A stretch of DNA of 64,000 nt from Candidatus Bathyarchaeota archaeon (GTDB lineage: Archaea; Thermoproteota; Bathyarchaeia; Bathyarchaeales; Bathycorpusculaceae). Of this stretch, positions 61,851 to 64,000 are shown one piece after another (positions within the stretch are counted from its first letter, which is position 1; every line of letters begins with the position of its first letter). The position numbers and the translations under genes were made by a program. The stretch spans positions 128,001 through 192,000 of the forward strand of contig CAVZJV010000014.1 of NCBI GenBank assembly GCA_963775685.1. Reading direction: 5' to 3'. Below the pieces are notes generated by a model. That model was given only the letters and a program-made list of their open reading frames with translations. It did not search any database and was not told the DNA's origin.

Positions 61851-62413
61851 TTGACAGATATTCGTGATTTATAATTCTTTTATCTAGTCTAACGGTTACT
61901 TGATAGGGGTGGTAAGATTGGATGAATTAATCAACGCTTATAGAGGTTGGCGCGCTTTACCACGATTTTCTGTTTTCACATCAACGCGCCCAAAAACTCT
62001 ACAATGGACCAAGAGGAAACAACTTTCTTTTATAGTAAACCCTAAACTTTTTGACGTGATCATGGGACAATCAAGCCTTGACATTGAAAGCAGCCAAACC
62101 TTCGAAGAAGCAAATTGCTAAATTCTCCTTATTCCTCAGAAATGGCAAAATAATCAAGAGCCTTACCATAGGAGAGTTTGGCCAAGATCAACATAACCTC
62201 AGAGTCGAAGGCTGTTTTTTTGCTGGAAAATTCCAAAGTATAGTGAACACAAAAGACGTAACTTGCCCTGCACAGTTATCGCTATGTCGCTATTTAATAA
62301 ATTCAAAGGCAGAGCTGCAAAAGAAGCTGAGTCGATGTATTTTGCAGATGGGACTCAACCAATTTTAGAGCAGCAGACTTTTGACGTGTCTTTTTTGTTT
62401 TTACCGAATTTGG

Positions 62414-63721
62414 CTAGTTTGCAATTATAGTTTGGTTTTGGAATTCTCCGCGGATTATTTGGTGTGGGTAAATTTTTGTTGCAGCCAATGAGCAGCCTTC
62501 CTCGAGTATAACGTCATCAGCGATTACGCTGACTGCGGTGATTTTTGTGGGTTTATGGCAGCTTGAGTTAACCACAACGTGCCTGCCAATAATGCTGTCG
62601 TAGATTTCGCCGTTTTCGCCGACTATAACACGGTCCATGACAGCTGAGTTAGCTACAACTGCGTTCTTGCCTATCCGTGTGAAGTCGTCGATGCATGAAT
62701 TAACTATTCTTGCTCCATCTTCAATTTGGCAATGCCGCCCAATCAACACGGTACCTTCAATTTGAATTTTCTTTTGCTTAATTTTTTGTATAATTTCTTG
62801 TCGGCGTTTCTCCGAATCTGCGCTTTCACCCTGTACCCAAATGGGCGTTTCTTTGTTTAATCTGCCGCCAAAGTCGTTAAGAGTTGAAAATCCTCCACCA
62901 AGCAAATTCTTCATTGCTTCCAAGTAGCTCTTTGGGGTGCCTACATCAAACCAGCTTCCCTTGAGTGTGTAACCATAAACTGGACTCCCAGTTGAAATTA
63001 CATAGGGAATGAAGTCGTAGCCGAAGTCTAAGCGATTCTTTTCCTTGATGATTTGCTGAATGCCTTTTTCCTTGAAAATCTTGCGTACTTCAGGTGATAA
63101 TACATACAGGCCGGTGTTGGCAAGGTTGCTTGGGGCATCTTTGGGCTCAGGTTTTTCGACGAATCGTTGTATGCGGCCATCCTTGTCAATGTCTGCTATG
63201 CCTAAGCCCTCTACGTTCTCGACTTCTCGAAGCACGATGGTTAGGCAGGCGCCTTTTTCCTTGTGGAAATCAATCAGGTTCTTGACTTTTATATCAAAAA
63301 TGTTGTCGCCTTGCACTGCAAAGATTGGGTTGTTTAGTTCGTAGTATTCAATATTTATGCGAGCGGAGTCGGCACTGCCTAAATCAGGAAAGTTTGGTTG
63401 ATACTTGATGTGAATGCGGGGTTTGATGTTATACCGGGCCGAGAATCCAACTCCAGATTCGAAATAGTCGTAGAGGTCCCGGTAGTTGGTGTAGCCTTTG
63501 ACGCCGAAAATAAAGTTTCGTATTCCCTGGCTTGCCAGCGATAGAAGAGAGAATTCGACCAGTGGCCTGTTTAGCAAGCGCAGGCAGGCTTTGCTGGTTT
63601 CCGCTGTCAAGGGCAGAAGCCGCGTAGCTTTACCGCCGACGGGTATGATTACTCTGATTTTTTCAGGCGCATAGGTGTCTCCAACTAGGGGTGCGTATTT
63701 GTCGCTCAAATGCTTCATCAA
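62414..63721 (-). CDS. NDP-sugar pyrophosphorylase (sugar-1-phosphate nucleotidyltransferase) with left-handed beta-helix
   Basis: PVGGKATRLLPLT..SKA, GD, FVEKP, SNLANTGLY and WFDVGTP..Y; hexapeptide repeats. Confidence 0.92.
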   Translation of the reverse strand: MMKHLSDKYAPLVGDTYAPEKIRVIIPVGGKATRLLPLTAETSKACLRLLNRPLVEFSLLSLASQGIRNFIFGVKGYTNYRDLYDYFESGVGFSARYNIKPRIHIKYQPNFPDLGSADSARINIEYYELNNPIFAVQGDNIFDIKVKNLIDFHKEKGACLTIVLREVENVEGLGIADIDKDGRIQRFVEKPEPKDAPSNLANTGLYVLSPEVRKIFKEKGIQQIIKEKNRLDFGYDFIPYVISTGSPVYGYTLKGSWFDVGTPKSYLEAMKNLLGGGFSTLNDFGGRLNKETPIWVQGESADSEKRRQEIIQKIKQKKIQIEGTVLIGRHCQIEDGARIVNSCIDDFTRIGKNAVVANSAVMDRVIVGENGEIYDSIIGRHVVVNSSCHKPTKITAVSVIADDVILEEGCSLAATKIYPHQIIRGEFQNQTIIAN

Positions 63722-64000
63722 CAGCTTGTGCTACCTTGATAGGTTGTATGCATCCTTTTAAACTATTTCCAAAAGTTTGACTGAGTCAAAAAATTTATCC
63801 TTTTCGGTTGTATGATGTTTTCAATAAATCTATGTTCGGCCTTCATTGAGAAACTGATTAAGGCTAGGTGTTTTTGGTAACGATCAGATAGTCGATAGAT
63901 TTATAAGAAAACTATGTCTTAAGATTTCAGCGGATTTTAAAAAATTTATCCGCAAATCTTAAAAATAGGAGAGAAAAAAACAAAATGCAAAACAAAAAAC

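Noticed and set aside
61900-62368. Two short overlapping ORFs after endA
   Set aside because: No recognisable motif or SD; cannot be supported as genes.
1-64000. CRISPR array / cas genes / rRNA
   Set aside because: No regularly spaced repeat-spacer array, cas motifs or rRNA-like sequence seen; the 21-bp duplication has only two adjacent copies.

Overview
Archaeal chromosomal window, most consistent with Bathyarchaeia/TACK. This is an inference from a two-intron tRNA-Tyr, an EndA alpha subunit carrying a crenarchaeal-type loop, bacterial-type PfkA, a NitrOD5-like protein, REC-PAS-histidine kinases and class III pilins. Housekeeping genes (ileS, glyS, endA, proC, pfkA, NTPase, cinA-like, frameshifted trm1) are interleaved with accessory DNA. 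The accessory content includes type IV pilin/archaellin-like genes, a 1100+ aa hybrid sensor kinase, a decayed tyrosine integrase in frame with tRNA-Ala, an AT-rich island of small and broken ORFs (about 24.7-32.6 kb), a GT4/six-hairpin/CBS/GH130 operon, two decaying chemotaxis loci and an orphan CbbQ/NorQ-vWA chaperone pair. The most notable leads are a divergent eL22-like (eukaryote-type ribosomal protein) ORF, a tight GNAT + unknown 453-aa + HExxH operon, a His-less B12-binding protein, pilins with an atypical [KR]-aromatic-A cleavage motif, and several unannotated small Zn/RHH proteins and structured non-coding elements. Many genes carry frameshifts; some are real decay and others may be assembly indels. 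All calls come from reading motifs by eye; no database searches were run.
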